A DNA stretch of 46,689 nucleotides from Gemmatimonadales bacterium (GTDB lineage Bacteria; Gemmatimonadota; Gemmatimonadetes; Gemmatimonadales; GWC2-71-9): positions 1-46,689 of the forward strand of contig JBBQDU010000001.1 in NCBI GenBank assembly GCA_038320055.1. The letters are read 5' to 3'. Positions 1 through 16,357 of the stretch are shown here, piece by piece. Position 1 is the stretch's first letter, and each line of letters begins with the position of its first letter. Made by a program: the position numbers and the translations under genes. Below the pieces are notes generated by a model. The model saw nothing but the letters and a program-made list of their open reading frames with translations, had not been told where the DNA came from and made no database searches.

Positions 1-1
1 G

Positions 2-1227
2 GAGCCGCGCTATTACGTCGATTACACCGGCTGCGGCAACACGCTGAACATGCGGCATCCGCGGGTGCTCCAGCTCATCATGGACAGCCTCCGCTACTGG
101 GTGCTGGAGATGCGCGTGGACGGGTTCCGCTTCGACCTGGCCAGCACCCTCGCCCGGGAGCTCCACGCGGTGGACCGGCTGAGCGCATTCTTCGACATCA
201 TCCACCAGGACCCGGTCCTCTCGCAGGTCAAGCTGATCGCCGAGCCCTGGGATCTGGGCGAGGGTGGCTACCAGGTGGGCAATTTCCCGGTCGGGTGGGC
301 CGAGTGGAACGGCCGCTACCGGGACGGGGTGCGGAAGTTCTGGAAGGGCGAGGGGGGGATGGCCTCCGAGCTGGCCACCCGGCTGGCCGGCAGCAGCGAC
401 CTCTACGGCTGGAACGGCCGGCGGCCGTACGCGAGCGTCAACTTCGTCACCGCGCACGACGGGTTCACGCTGCTGGACCTGTGGAGCTACAATGAGAAGC
501 ACAACGAGGCCAACGGCGAGAACAACGCCGACGGCGAGAGTCACAACCTGAGCTGGAACTGCGGCGTGGAGGGACCCACCGAAGATCCGGCGGTGCTGGC
601 CCTCCGGGAGCGGCAGCGGCGGAACATCATCGCCACCATGGCGCTCTCCCAGGGCGTTCCGATGCTCTGCGGCGGGGACGAGATGGGCCGCACCCAGCTC
701 GGGAACAACAACGCCTACTGCCAGGACAACGAGCTGAGCTGGCTGGCCTGGGATCTCGAGCCGGCCGATCAGGATCTCCTCGCGTTCACCAGATATGTCT
801 TGGGTCTCCGCCGGCTGCAACCCGTGCTCCGGCGGCGGCGTTTCTTCCAGGGGCGGGCCATCCGGGGCCAGGGTGTCGAGGACATCGTCTGGTACCGCCC
901 GTCCGGCCGAGAGATGGACGACGGCGCCTGGGGTTCCCACTTCATCCGGTCGTTCGGCGTGTGGCTGAGCGGGACCGCGCTCGGGGAGCTGGACGAGGAT
1001 GGCGAGCCGGTCGTCGGGGACACCCTCTACGTGGCGCTCAACGCGCATCACGAGCGGGTCCGGTTCCACCTGCCCAAACACCTGCCGACGGAACGCTGGG
1101 AGCTGATCCTCGACACGGCCCAGCGTGATTGGGGTCGGCGCTACCTGATGCGTGACGTCACGTATCGGATCGCGGCTCGATCGCTGGCCGTCTTCCGCCT
1201 GGCGGCCATGCCGCAAGGAGCGACGCC

Positions 1228-1231
<4 letters not shown>
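2..1231 (+). CDS. glgX: Glycogen debranching enzyme GlgX/TreX type (GH13), 5'-truncated by the window edge
   Basis: The frame is open from nt 2 ([16 protein letters not shown] precedes the listed Met). GH13 conserved regions are present: [64 protein letters not shown]. The TGA stop overlaps the glgB ATG (ATGA). Confidence 0.85.
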
Positions 1232-3128
<1,897 letters not shown>

Positions 3129-3147
<19 letters not shown>

Positions 3148-4988
3148 GTCGATACGATCCATTGCTGGGAGCGACGTGGACCGGCGGGGACACCCGCTTC
3201 GTGGTGTGGGCGCCCGAGGCAACGAAAGTAGATCTGGTGGTGGAGGCTCCCGGGCCCCAAGGCGAATACCCGATGCAGCCTGGGCGCGACGGCCACTTCA
3301 CCCTGTCGCACGCCGCGGTCGGCCCCGGCCACCGCTATCGCTACCGGGTGGACGGCGCCGGACCGTTCCCCGATCCGGCATCCCGGTTCCAGCCCGAAGG
3401 GGTCCACGGTCCATCCGAGGTGATCGACTCCGGCGCCTACACCTGGGGCGATGCCGCCTGGTCCGGCGTCCCGCTCGAGCGGCTGGTGCTCTACGAGCTC
3501 CACGTCGGCACGTTCACCGACGGCGGCACGTACGCCGGCGTCGCCGGTCGGTTGTCCGCCCTGGCCGATCTGGGCGTGACGGCCGTGCTCCTGATGCCGC
3601 TGGCCGATTTTGCCGGCCGCTGGAACTGGGGCTACGACGGCGTGGCGCCGTTCGCATCCGCGCGCTGCTACGGCCGCCCCGACGACCTTCGCGCGCTGGT
3701 CGATCAGGCCCATCGGCTCGGCCTGGCCGTGCATCTCGATGTGGTCTACAACCATTTCGGGCCGGACGGCGCCTATCAGGGGAGTTTCAGCCCGGGCTAC
3801 GGTTCCCGCACCCACAAGAGTCCGTGGGGAAGCGCCCTCAATTTCGACGGACCGGACAGCGGCCCGGTGCGGCGCTACGTGATCGAGAACGCGCTCCGCT
3901 GGATTCACGAATTCCACATCGACGGGCTTCGGCTCGACGCCACCCACGCGATCGTCGATCGGGGACCGGTCCACATTCTCGCGGAGCTGGCGGCGGCGGT
4001 CCACGCATCGCTGGCCGGGACGGGACGCCAGGCGCATGTGATCGCGGAGGACGCGCAGAACCTGGCCCACCTCGTCGAGCGTGGCGAGCGCGGCGGGTAC
4101 GGGCTCGACGCGGTCTGGTCGGACGATTTCCATCACCAGGTGCGGGCGTCGGTGGCGGGGGACCGCGACGGTTACTTCGCCGATTTCGACGGGCGCACGG
4201 AGTCGATCGCCGCGACGACCCGGCAGGGCTGGTACTACACCGGCCAGCAGGCCCCCTACTTTGGCGGGCCGCGAGGCAGCGACCCGGCCGGCATCCCCCT
4301 CAGCAGGTTCGTGGTCTTTCTCCAGAATCACGACCAGGTGGGCAATCGTGCGTTCGGCGAGCGGCTGCATCATCAGGTCGACCTCGCGGTGTGGCGCGCC
4401 CTGTCGGTGCTGCTCCTCCTCCTTCCCGAGACCCCGCTGCTCTTCATGGGACAGGAGTGGGCCGCGGGCAGCCCGTTCCGATACTTCACCGACCACACCC
4501 CGGAACTCGGCCGCGCGGTGACCGAGGGGCGGCGCCGGGAGTTCAGCCGGTTCGAGGCCTTCGCCGACCCAACCGTCCGCGAGACGATTCCCGACCCGCA
4601 GGCGCAGGAGACCGTCGTCGCTTCCCACCTCGATTGGAGTGAGCGGGAGCGGGAGCCGCATGCGGGGGTGCTGCGTCTCTACCGCCGGCTGCTGGCGCTT
4701 CGACGGGGTCTTCCGCCGCTCGAGGACCCGGCCGGATCCTCCGGGTTCACCATCGCTGCTGAGGGCGATGTGCTGCGTCTGGAGCGTCCCGGCCCCGACT
4801 CGGCGCTCCTCGCACTGGTGCGGCTCCGCGGCGCGGGCGCGACGAAACTGGGCAAGGGTTGGCGTGCGCTCCTGACGACCGAGGATCCCGAGTACACCGC
4901 CGATCCGCTCCCGGTGGAGCTCGGCGCCGAGGCTCGCTTCGCGCGGCCGGGCGCGGTGGTCCTGTCCGCTGCTGCCCGCAGGGGTTGA
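3129..4988 (+). CDS. treZ: Malto-oligosyltrehalose trehalohydrolase
   Basis: Motifs [70 protein letters not shown] and [10 protein letters not shown]. The listed ORF (2391..) is a spurious 5' extension through glgB. The start is either ATG 3129 or GTG 3144, the latter overlapping the glgB stop as GTGA. Confidence 0.88.
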
Positions 4989-4989
4989 G

Positions 4990-7853
4990 ATGGCGGCCCC
5001 GCTTCCGGCCCGGCTTCCCGTCTCGACGTACCGCCTTCAACTGAGCCCGAGTCAGAACTTCGCGGCCGCGGCCGAGCTGGCGTCGTACCTGTCCGAGCTG
5101 GGCATCAGCGAGTGCTACTGCTCCCCGGTCTTCGCCGCGCGGCCCGGCAGCGCCCATGGCTACGACATCTGCGATCACAGTCGGGCCGACCCCCAGCTGG
5201 GCGGCGACGACGGTTTCCACGCGATGAGCGACGCGTTCCGGAGCCGGGACCTGGGGCTGCTGCTCGATTTCGTTCCCAACCACATGAGCACCCATCCGCT
5301 GGCCAACCCTTGGTGGCGAAGCGTGCTCGAGAGCGGTCCGTCCTCGCCGTACGCCCGCTATTTCGACATCGACTGGAATCCGGTCAAGCACGAGCTGCGG
5401 GATCGGATCCTGCTCCCGATCCTGGGCGACCAGTACGGCGTGACCCTCGAGCAGGGTCAGTTGCGGCTGGCGTACGAGGATGGAGCGATCCGGCTCCGGC
5501 TCTACGAGCTCGATCTCCCCCTCAATCCGCGCCGGCTCGGGCTGGTGGTCGGCCACCGGCTGGACGACCTCCGCGCCCGGCTCCCGGCGGACGATCCCGA
5601 CCTGACCGAGCTGTTGAGCGTCCTGTTCCATCTCGACCACCTGCCGCCGTACACCGAGACCGACCCGACGCAGATGGCCGAGCGGCAGCGCGAGAAGGAC
5701 GTCGCGCTCGGCCGCCTGGCAGCGCTGCTCGAGCGATCCGAAGTGCTCCGCGCCCATCTCGAGGAGAATCTCCGCCGGTTCAACGGCCGGCCCGGCGAGC
5801 CGTCCTCATTCGAGCTGATGCACGAGCTGCTCGAGGGCCAGCCGTACCGGCTGGCCTCCTGGCGCACCGCGATGCACGAGATCAACTATCGGCGCTTCTT
5901 CGACGTGAACGAGCTGGCCGGAATCCGGATGGAGGAGCCGGAGGTCTTCGCGGCGGCCCACGCGCTTACCGCCCGATGGGTTCGCGAGGGCCGCGTGACC
6001 GGGCTCCGCCTCGATCACGTGGACGGGCTGTTCGATCCGGCCGGCTATCTCGACGACCTCGCAGGCCTGCTCGGACCCGCACCGGTCTGGACGGTGGTCG
6101 AGAAGATTCTCTCCGAAGGCGAGCGGCTCGACCCGTCCTGGCGCACCCACGGCACCACCGGCTACGAGTACCTCAACCAGCTCAACGGCATCTTCGTCGA
6201 CCCGGTCGACGGGGTGCGGCTCAAGACCGTGTACCAGGCCTTTACCGGCCGCGACGACGAGTTCGCCGAGGTCTGTTACCAATCGAAGAAGCTCATCGTC
6301 ACCACCTCGATGGCCAGCGAGCTCAACGTGCTGGCCGCCGAGCTGAACCGGATCTCGGAGGGGCGCTGGCAGTGGCGGGATTTCACGCTCGACAGCCTCC
6401 AGGAAGCGCTCCGCCAGGTGGTGGCCTGCTTCCCCGTCTACCGGACCTACGTCCGGGGCGAAGGCTGGACCGCCGAGGATGAGGCGGCGGTGGACCGGGC
6501 GATCGCGTCGGCGCTGCGGCGGAATCCGGCGCTCGAGCCGACGATCTTTCATTTCCTGCGCCGGATGCTGCTGCCACAGCCCGATCCGGCGATTCCGGAG
6601 CCCGAGCTGCGCCGCCGGCTGCGCTTCGCGATGAAATTCCAGCAGTACACCGGCCCGGTGCAGGCGAAGGGCGTGGAGGACACGGCGTTCTACCGGTTCG
6701 GCCCGCTGCTGTCGCTCAACGAGGTGGGCGGCGAGCCGGAGCGGTTCGGGCCCGGCGTCGAGCGGTTTCATCGGACCAACGCGGAGCGGCTCGCCCGGTG
6801 GCCGCTGACCCTCCTGGCCACCGCCACCCACGACACCAAGCGTGGCGAGGACGCGCGGGCCCGGCTCAACGCCCTGAGCGAGATGCCGGTCCGCTGGCGC
6901 GCGCTCCTCAACCGCTGGTCCCGGATCAACGCCCCGGCCCGGGAAACGGCGGAAACCGTGATCGCTCCGGATCGGGGCGACGAGTATCTCTTCTATCAGT
7001 CGCTCCTCGGCATGTGGCCGCCATTGGCGCAGGCGGCGGACGAGTCGCTGGTCGAGCGGATCCACCAGTATCTGCTCAAGGCGATGCGCGAGGCCAAGAT
7101 TCATACGAGCTGGATCAACCCGTCGGCGGCCTACGAGGAGGCGGTCGGCCGATTCGTCCGGTCGGTGCTCCTGGGGGAGCAAGCCGCCGCGTTCCACCGC
7201 TCGTTCGCGCCGTTCGCCCGCGAGCTGGCGCGGACCGGCGCCGTCAATTCGCTGGCCCAAATGGCCCTCAAGCTCGCCTCACCGGGCGTCGCCGACGTCT
7301 ACCAGGGAACCGAACTGTGGGATCTGAGCCTGGTGGATCCGGACAACCGCCGGCCGGTGGACTTCGCGGCCCGCCGCCGGCATCTGGCCGAGCTGGTCCC
7401 GCTGTCGGAGTCGGCGGGACGGGGCGACCCCGTGGCCGGCGACGTCGGCGCGCTCCTCGAGCACTGGCCGGATGGGCGGGTGAAGATGTATCTCACGCTG
7501 GTGGGGCTTCGGTATCGGCGCCGCTGTCCGGACCTGTTCCTTCGCGGCGAATACCTGCCGCTCACGGCGTCCGGCGCGCGTGCCGATCACCTGGTCGGCT
7601 TCGCCCGGCGGAACGGGGATCAGGCCGCGGTGGCGCTCGCGCCCAGACTCGTGGCCGACCTCGCGTCCGACCGCTGGCCCACCGGCTCCGAGGCCTGGGG
7701 CGACACGGTGGTGCCGTTGCCGGCGTCGCTCCACGGCTTCTCGTGGCGGAACTCGCTCACGGGTGAGCGGCAGGGGCCGGGGGCGTCGCTGGCCGTGTCC
7801 GCGGCCCTCGCCACTCTGCCGATCGCGCTCCTGGAAGGCTCACTCTCGTCCTG

Positions 7854-7854
<1 letters not shown>
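4990..7854 (+). CDS. treY: Malto-oligosyltrehalose synthase
   Basis: 954 aa. The N-terminus [39 protein letters not shown], together with [31 protein letters not shown] and [14 protein letters not shown], is characteristic of TreY. It starts 1 nt after the treZ stop. Confidence 0.92.
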
Positions 7855-11195
<3,341 letters not shown>

Positions 11196-11215
11196 CTGGA
11201 GCCGACCTCGGGGGA

Positions 11216-12484
11216 ATGGTATTATGCGGGCCACTTCAGGGAGGTTCGGGCGCAGTGAACTCTCTTCCTCCAACCGGGCGGGAATTCCCCGGACGGCCAC
11301 AGCCGAAATACGTCGCGCTCCTGGCAGGGGCGGCCGTCCTCGTGCTCGCCATCGGCGCGCTCGTCAAGCCCAAGAAGCTGGCGGAGGCCACCTCCCTTCC
11401 GCTGAGCGAGACCGCGCCGCTTCAGGCGCTCGCCCGCCGAGGCGAGCTCCGTGATTTGACCGACTTTCTCGCCGGGCGCGTCACCGTCGTGGCGCACCAT
11501 CTGGTGTACCTGGACGACCTAGGCGCCGGCGGAGTGGCGTGGGCCGGACCCGATAGCGTCGTGATCGGGGGAAGCGCCGACTCGCCGCTCATCGCGGTGC
11601 CGCGCGCCGGCGACACCAGCGCGATCCCGGTCGTCCAGGCGACGGCGGAGCGGCTCGCGCGGCGCGGCTGGGTGCTGGTGGCGGCCCGTCAGGCGGATGG
11701 AACGATCGCTTCGGCGGTGGGGATGTCGGGCGGACAGACGACGGTCCGGTGCGGGAATCAAGTCTATCGCGAGCAGGTGGTGGCCACGCCGCTCGGCGCC
11801 GAGTTCGAGGGCGGTGGCCTGTTCGACCTTGAGGGGAACCTGATGGGAATCGTCGGCCGCTGCGGAGCGCGCTACGCGGCCGTGTCCGTGGCCGACGTCG
11901 AGTCCGTGCTTGCCGCCGGCGCGTCGTCCGAGGCCCGACTCAGGCGGGCCTACGGACTCCGGACGGAGGCGCTCGACGCGACGAGCCGGCGCTACTTCAA
12001 GGCGGAAACCGGAGCGCTGGTCGGGGAGGTCGTCCTGGGCACCGCCGCGGGACGGGCCGGGCTCCGCCCGGGAGACGTCATCGCGGCGGTGGACAGCCTG
12101 CCGGTCCGATCGCCGGACGAGCTCGCGGAGCTTCTCCTGTCCGGCCCCGCCATGGGGCGGACGCTCGCGCTGATCAGGAACGGGCGGCCGGCCGGCGCCA
12201 AGCTCACGGATGCGCCCATCGCGAGGGACACGTCGCTCGGACTCACACTCATGTCCGAGCCGACGGGACTGGTCCTCGCCGAGGTCGAGCCCGACAGCCG
12301 CGCCGGCCGAGCGGGGCTTCGTCCCCGGGACCGCCTGCTCCGGATCGGCCGGCTGCAGCCCGTGACCTCCACCCAGGCCCAACAGGCCTTGGCCGGGGCG
12401 GAAGGGCCGGTATACCTGGTGTATCGGCGGGAGAGCGACGAGCCTCGAGAGCGTAGCGAGCGTGGAGTTTTTCTCGGCAGATGA
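11216..12484 (+). CDS. HtrA/DegP-like membrane-anchored protein with two PDZ domains; the protease triad appears absent
   Basis: N-terminal TM helix (YVALLAGAAVLVLAIGALV), then a region with HtrA-like layout, then two PDZ signatures (GALVGEVVLGTAAGRAGLRPGDVIAAVD and GLVLAEVEPDSRAGRAGLRPRDRLLRIG). The start is uncertain: ATG 11216, or GTG 11255 preceded by GGGAGG. The 10553.. extension overlaps treS and is rejected. Confidence 0.6.
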   Translation: MVLCGPLQGGSGAVNSLPPTGREFPGRPQPKYVALLAGAAVLVLAIGALVKPKKLAEATSLPLSETAPLQALARRGELRDLTDFLAGRVTVVAHHLVYLDDLGAGGVAWAGPDSVVIGGSADSPLIAVPRAGDTSAIPVVQATAERLARRGWVLVAARQADGTIASAVGMSGGQTTVRCGNQVYREQVVATPLGAEFEGGGLFDLEGNLMGIVGRCGARYAAVSVADVESVLAAGASSEARLRRAYGLRTEALDATSRRYFKAETGALVGEVVLGTAAGRAGLRPGDVIAAVDSLPVRSPDELAELLLSGPAMGRTLALIRNGRPAGAKLTDAPIARDTSLGLTLMSEPTGLVLAEVEPDSRAGRAGLRPRDRLLRIGRLQPVTSTQAQQALAGAEGPVYLVYRRESDEPRERSERGVFLGR

Positions 12485-13698
12485 CCGAGCTCACCTCGCT
12501 GGGCATCATCCTGCTCCTGGCGTTACTCGCCGGGCACTTGGTGAAGTTCGTCCGGATTCCCGAAGTGACGGGATACATTCTCGTCGGGGTGGCGCTGGGG
12601 CCCTCGGGATTCGATGCCATCTCGCATCAGAGCCTGGAACGGCTCGAGGTCTTCAGCGAGGTCGCACTCGGTCTCATCCTCTTTTCCATCGGGTCGGCGC
12701 TCGACCTCACCCGCTTCCGCAAGTCGGGCCGCCAGGTGCTGCTGGTCACCCTGGTCGAAACGTTGCTCACCGCCGCGCTCGTCGGCGGGGGGGCGCTCAT
12801 CGTGGGGCAGCCCTGGCCGGTGGCGCTCCTCCTGGGCGCGATCGCGATGGAGACCGCGGCAGCCTCGACGCTCATGGTCATGCGCGAGTCCGACGCCGCG
12901 GGGCCGCTCACCGAGACCCTCACGGGGGTCATCGCGATCAACAACATCTTCACCCTCGTCGCCTTCGCCATCGTCGCCGCGGTGCTCGATTTCCGCCAGG
13001 CCGGCCTCACGACCGGCGTGACGCTCGATGTGGTCTACCGCTCGCTGTTTCCGCTGCTCTGGCAACTGATCGGGTCGGTGGCGCTCGGCTACCTCATGGG
13101 ACTCCTGCTCGCCACCTGGGCCACCCAGGCCGAGGAGCATGGGGAGATCCTGATCCTGCTGGCGGGCTGCGTGCTGCTCACGGTGGGTGTGGCCGGCGGG
13201 CTCGAGCTCTCGCCCCTGGTGGCGAGCCTCGCGGTCGGCGCGACGATGGCCAATCTCTCGGCGCGGAGCCGGAGTCTGTTCGAGGCCCTCTCGCGCACCG
13301 ACCCGCCGCTCTATGCGATCTTCTTCGTCATCGCAGGGGCCGACCTCAATCTCTCGCTGCTTCCCTCGCTCGGCGTTCTGGGGCTGGTGTACGTCCTGGG
13401 GCGGGGCACGGGCAAGATCTTCGGCGCGGGGTACGCGGCGCGGCGGCTCAAGGCCGAGCCGCCCGTCCGCCGCTATCTCGGTGCCGCCATGCTGGCGCAG
13501 GCGGGACTCGCCATCGGCCTGCTGCTGTCGGTCAACCAGCGGTTTCCCGATCTGGCCCCGATCGTCACCACGGTGGTGCTCGCCGCCGTGGCGATCTTCG
13601 AGCTCGTGGGCCCGGTGACCGCCCGGGTGGCGCTGGTGCGGAGCGGGGAGGCGGGGCGCCAGGAGGCGGGCGGCCCGACTCTGTCGGCGCTGGACTGA
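12481..13698 (+). CDS. Cation:proton antiporter (CPA2 / sodium-hydrogen exchanger family), membrane domain only
   Basis: 405 aa and highly hydrophobic with many predicted helices. The N-terminus LLLALLAGHLVKFVRIPEVTGYILVGVALGPSG matches the Kef/CPA2 signature region. No C-terminal KTN/TrkA domain is visible. Its ATG overlaps the preceding TGA (ATGA). Confidence 0.82.
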   Translation: MTELTSLGIILLLALLAGHLVKFVRIPEVTGYILVGVALGPSGFDAISHQSLERLEVFSEVALGLILFSIGSALDLTRFRKSGRQVLLVTLVETLLTAALVGGGALIVGQPWPVALLLGAIAMETAAASTLMVMRESDAAGPLTETLTGVIAINNIFTLVAFAIVAAVLDFRQAGLTTGVTLDVVYRSLFPLLWQLIGSVALGYLMGLLLATWATQAEEHGEILILLAGCVLLTVGVAGGLELSPLVASLAVGATMANLSARSRSLFEALSRTDPPLYAIFFVIAGADLNLSLLPSLGVLGLVYVLGRGTGKIFGAGYAARRLKAEPPVRRYLGAAMLAQAGLAIGLLLSVNQRFPDLAPIVTTVVLAAVAIFELVGPVTARVALVRSGEAGRQEAGGPTLSALD

Positions 13699-13704
13699 CC
13701 GCCG

Positions 13705-13724
13705 CCGCGCCGCGAGCGGCGCGG
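13705..13724. terminator. GC-rich hairpin between convergent genes (possible bidirectional terminator)
   Basis: CCGCGCCG-cgag-CGGCGCGG is an 8-bp perfect stem with a 4-nt loop. It sits in the 28-nt gap between the antiporter stop (13698) and the gyrA stop (13727). There is no U-tract, so terminator function is uncertain. Confidence 0.3.
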
Positions 13725-13726
13725 GG

Positions 13727-16228
13727 CTAGCTCTCGTCGCCCGCGGCGACCGGCGTCCCCTCCTCGCCGGCGATCACGTCCTCGGGCCCGCCTTCATCCT
13801 CCTTCACCACCCGGGCCACATCCACCACGGCGTCGCCCGCGTCGAGGTTCATCACCTTCACGCCCTGCGTGTTCCGGCCGATGACGCGGATCCCGTCCAC
13901 CGGCACCCGGATGATCACGCCGTGCCGGGTGATCATCATCAGCTCGTCCTCGGGGATCACTTCCTTGAGCGCCACGATCGGTCCGGTCTTCTCGGTCTTC
14001 TTGAGGGTGATGATGCCCTTGCCGCCGCGCTTCTGCACGCGGTAATCGGTCAGCTCCGAGCGCTTGCCGAAGCCTTTCTCGCTCACGACCAGCAGGGTGG
14101 CGTCCCGCCGGACCACGACCATGCCGATAACCGCGTCGCCCTTGGCCAGCTCGACGCCCTTGACGCCCGTGGTGGCGCGCCCCATCTCGCGCACGTCGCC
14201 CTGGTGGAAGCGGATGCTCATGCCGTCCTTGGTGGCCAGGACGATGTCGCTGTTGGCGTCGCACACCTGGACGTCGATGAGCTCGTCGTCCTTGTCGATG
14301 TTGATGGCGCAGATGCCGTTCGTCCGGACGTTGCCGTACGCCGACAGGAGCGTCTTCTTCACCGTGCCCTGCCGGGTGGCGAAGACCAGGCACTTGTCGT
14401 CGGCGAACTCCCGCACCGGCACCAGCGCCGAGACCTGCTCGGTCGGCTTGATGGCGATGCAGTTGACGACCGGCTTGCCGCGCGCCGCCCGGCCGGCCTG
14501 CGGGATCTCGTGGACCTTGAGCCAGTAGAGCTGGCCGGTGTTCGTGAAGAACAGCAGGTAGTCGTGGGTGCTGGCGATGAAGAGGTGCTCCACCCAGTCG
14601 TCGGCCTTGAGATCCTGGCCGTTGAGCCCCCGCCCGCCGCGCCGTTGCCGCTTGTAGGTCGTGATGGCGATTCGCTTGATGTACCCCGTGTGCGAGATGG
14701 TGATGACCATATCCTCTTCGGCGATCAGGTCCTCGACCGTGAACTCGCCCTGATCGCTGAGGATCTCGGTCCGGCGCTCATCGCCGAACTGGGTCACCAC
14801 CTCGCCCAACTCCTCCTTGAGAATCCCCATCCGCTTGGGCTTCGAGGCGAGGATGCCCTTCAGCTCCTTGATCGTGCCGCGCACCTCCTTGAGCTCCGCC
14901 TCCAGCTTGTCGATCTCGAGGCCGGTGAGCTTGGCCAGGCGCATGTTCAGGATCGCGTCGCTCTGCTTCTCGCTCAGCCCGAACCGCTTGCGGAGCCGGG
15001 CGTCCGCCTCCCCGGTGTCCTTCGAGCCGCGGATGATCTTGATGACCTCGTCGATGTGGTCGACGGCGATCTTGAGTCCCTCGAGGATGTGCTCCCGCGC
15101 CTCGGCGGCGCCGAGATCGAACTGGGTCCGGCGGACGATGATCTCGTGCCGGTGCTCGATGTAGTGCTCGAGCAGCTCCTTCAGGTTCATGATCTTGGGG
15201 GCGCCCTTGACGAGCGCCAGCATGATCACGCCGAAGGTGGACTGCATGGCGGTGTGCTTGTACAGCTGGTTCAGCACGACGTTGGGAATGGCATCGCGCT
15301 TCAACTCGACGACGACCCGCATCCCCTCCTTGTCGGATTCGTCGTTGACGCCGCTGATGCCCTCGATCTTCTTCTCCATCGCCAGCTCGGCGATGGCCTT
15401 GACCAGGTTTTCCTTGTTGACCTGGTAGGGAATCTCCGTGATGACGATCTGCGAGCGGCCCGACGACTCCTTCTCCTCGATCTGCGCCCGGGCGCGCATG
15501 ATGACCCGCCCGCGGCCGGTCTCGTAGGCCTCCTTGATCCCCTCCCGCCCGTAGATGTACGCCCCGGTCGGGAAGTCGGGGCCCTTGATGACTTTCCGGA
15601 GATCGGTGACGCTGGCGTCGGGCGTGTCGATGAGGAGCTCGATCGCCTTGGCGACCTCGCGCAGATTGTGCGGCGGGATGTTGGTGGCCATCCCCACGGC
15701 GATCCCCGACGAACCGTTCACGAGCAGGTTGGGAATCCTGGACGGGAGGACCGTCGGCTCCTGTAGCCGGTCGTCGAAGTTGGGCTGGAAGTTGACGGTG
15801 TTCTTGTCGATGTCCTCCAGCATCGCCACCGCGGCGCGCGTGAGCCGGGCCTCGGTGTAGCGGTAGGCCGCCGCCGGATCGCCGTCCACCGAGCCGAAGT
15901 TCCCCTGCCCGTCGACCAGCGGATAGCGCAGCGAGAAGAGCTGAACCATGCGCACCAGCGCGTCGTACACCGATTGGTCGCCGTGCGGATGGTACTTGCC
16001 GAGTACGTCGCCCACCACCGTCGCCGACTTCTTGTACGGCCGTCCCGGCACCAGCCCCAGCTCGTTCATCGCGTAGAGAATGCGCCGGTGGACGGGCTTG
16101 AGTCCGTCGCGGACGTCCGGCAGCGCCCGGGAGACGATGACGCTCATCGAGTAGTTGATGAACGACTGCTGCATCTCTTCTTCAATGAGCCGGGGCAGGA
16201 TCCGTTCGCGCGAGTTCGGTGCGGTCAT
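13727..16228 (-). CDS. gyrA: DNA gyrase subunit A
   Basis: 833 aa. Contains [47 protein letters not shown], the active-site region [11 protein letters not shown], and C-terminal beta-pinwheel repeats. Confidence 0.97.
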   Translation of the reverse strand: MTAPNSRERILPRLIEEEMQQSFINYSMSVIVSRALPDVRDGLKPVHRRILYAMNELGLVPGRPYKKSATVVGDVLGKYHPHGDQSVYDALVRMVQLFSLRYPLVDGQGNFGSVDGDPAAAYRYTEARLTRAAVAMLEDIDKNTVNFQPNFDDRLQEPTVLPSRIPNLLVNGSSGIAVGMATNIPPHNLREVAKAIELLIDTPDASVTDLRKVIKGPDFPTGAYIYGREGIKEAYETGRGRVIMRARAQIEEKESSGRSQIVITEIPYQVNKENLVKAIAELAMEKKIEGISGVNDESDKEGMRVVVELKRDAIPNVVLNQLYKHTAMQSTFGVIMLALVKGAPKIMNLKELLEHYIEHRHEIIVRRTQFDLGAAEAREHILEGLKIAVDHIDEVIKIIRGSKDTGEADARLRKRFGLSEKQSDAILNMRLAKLTGLEIDKLEAELKEVRGTIKELKGILASKPKRMGILKEELGEVVTQFGDERRTEILSDQGEFTVEDLIAEEDMVITISHTGYIKRIAITTYKRQRRGGRGLNGQDLKADDWVEHLFIASTHDYLLFFTNTGQLYWLKVHEIPQAGRAARGKPVVNCIAIKPTEQVSALVPVREFADDKCLVFATRQGTVKKTLLSAYGNVRTNGICAINIDKDDELIDVQVCDANSDIVLATKDGMSIRFHQGDVREMGRATTGVKGVELAKGDAVIGMVVVRRDATLLVVSEKGFGKRSELTDYRVQKRGGKGIITLKKTEKTGPIVALKEVIPEDELMMITRHGVIIRVPVDGIRVIGRNTQGVKVMNLDAGDAVVDVARVVKEDEGGPEDVIAGEEGTPVAAGDES

Positions 16229-16282
16229 GGCCGTCGCTGGCTAGGGGAAATCGTGCGGTCCCGGAGGGTGGGCCGGGCCCCA

Positions 16283-16312
16283 AATATACCGGGGATCGAG
16301 GCCCGAATGCAA
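16283..16312 (-). promoter_or_regulatory. Candidate sigma70-type promoter for gyrA
   Basis: On the minus strand the sequence reads TTGCAT (16312-16307), an 18-nt spacer, then TATATT (16288-16283). This lies about 55 nt upstream of the gyrA ATG, in the only AT-containing patch of the intergenic region. It is a pattern match only. Confidence 0.3.
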
Positions 16313-16357
16313 CTCTGGATAGCGGGTGGAAGTCGGCGGAGGGCAAGAGGTTAGGGA

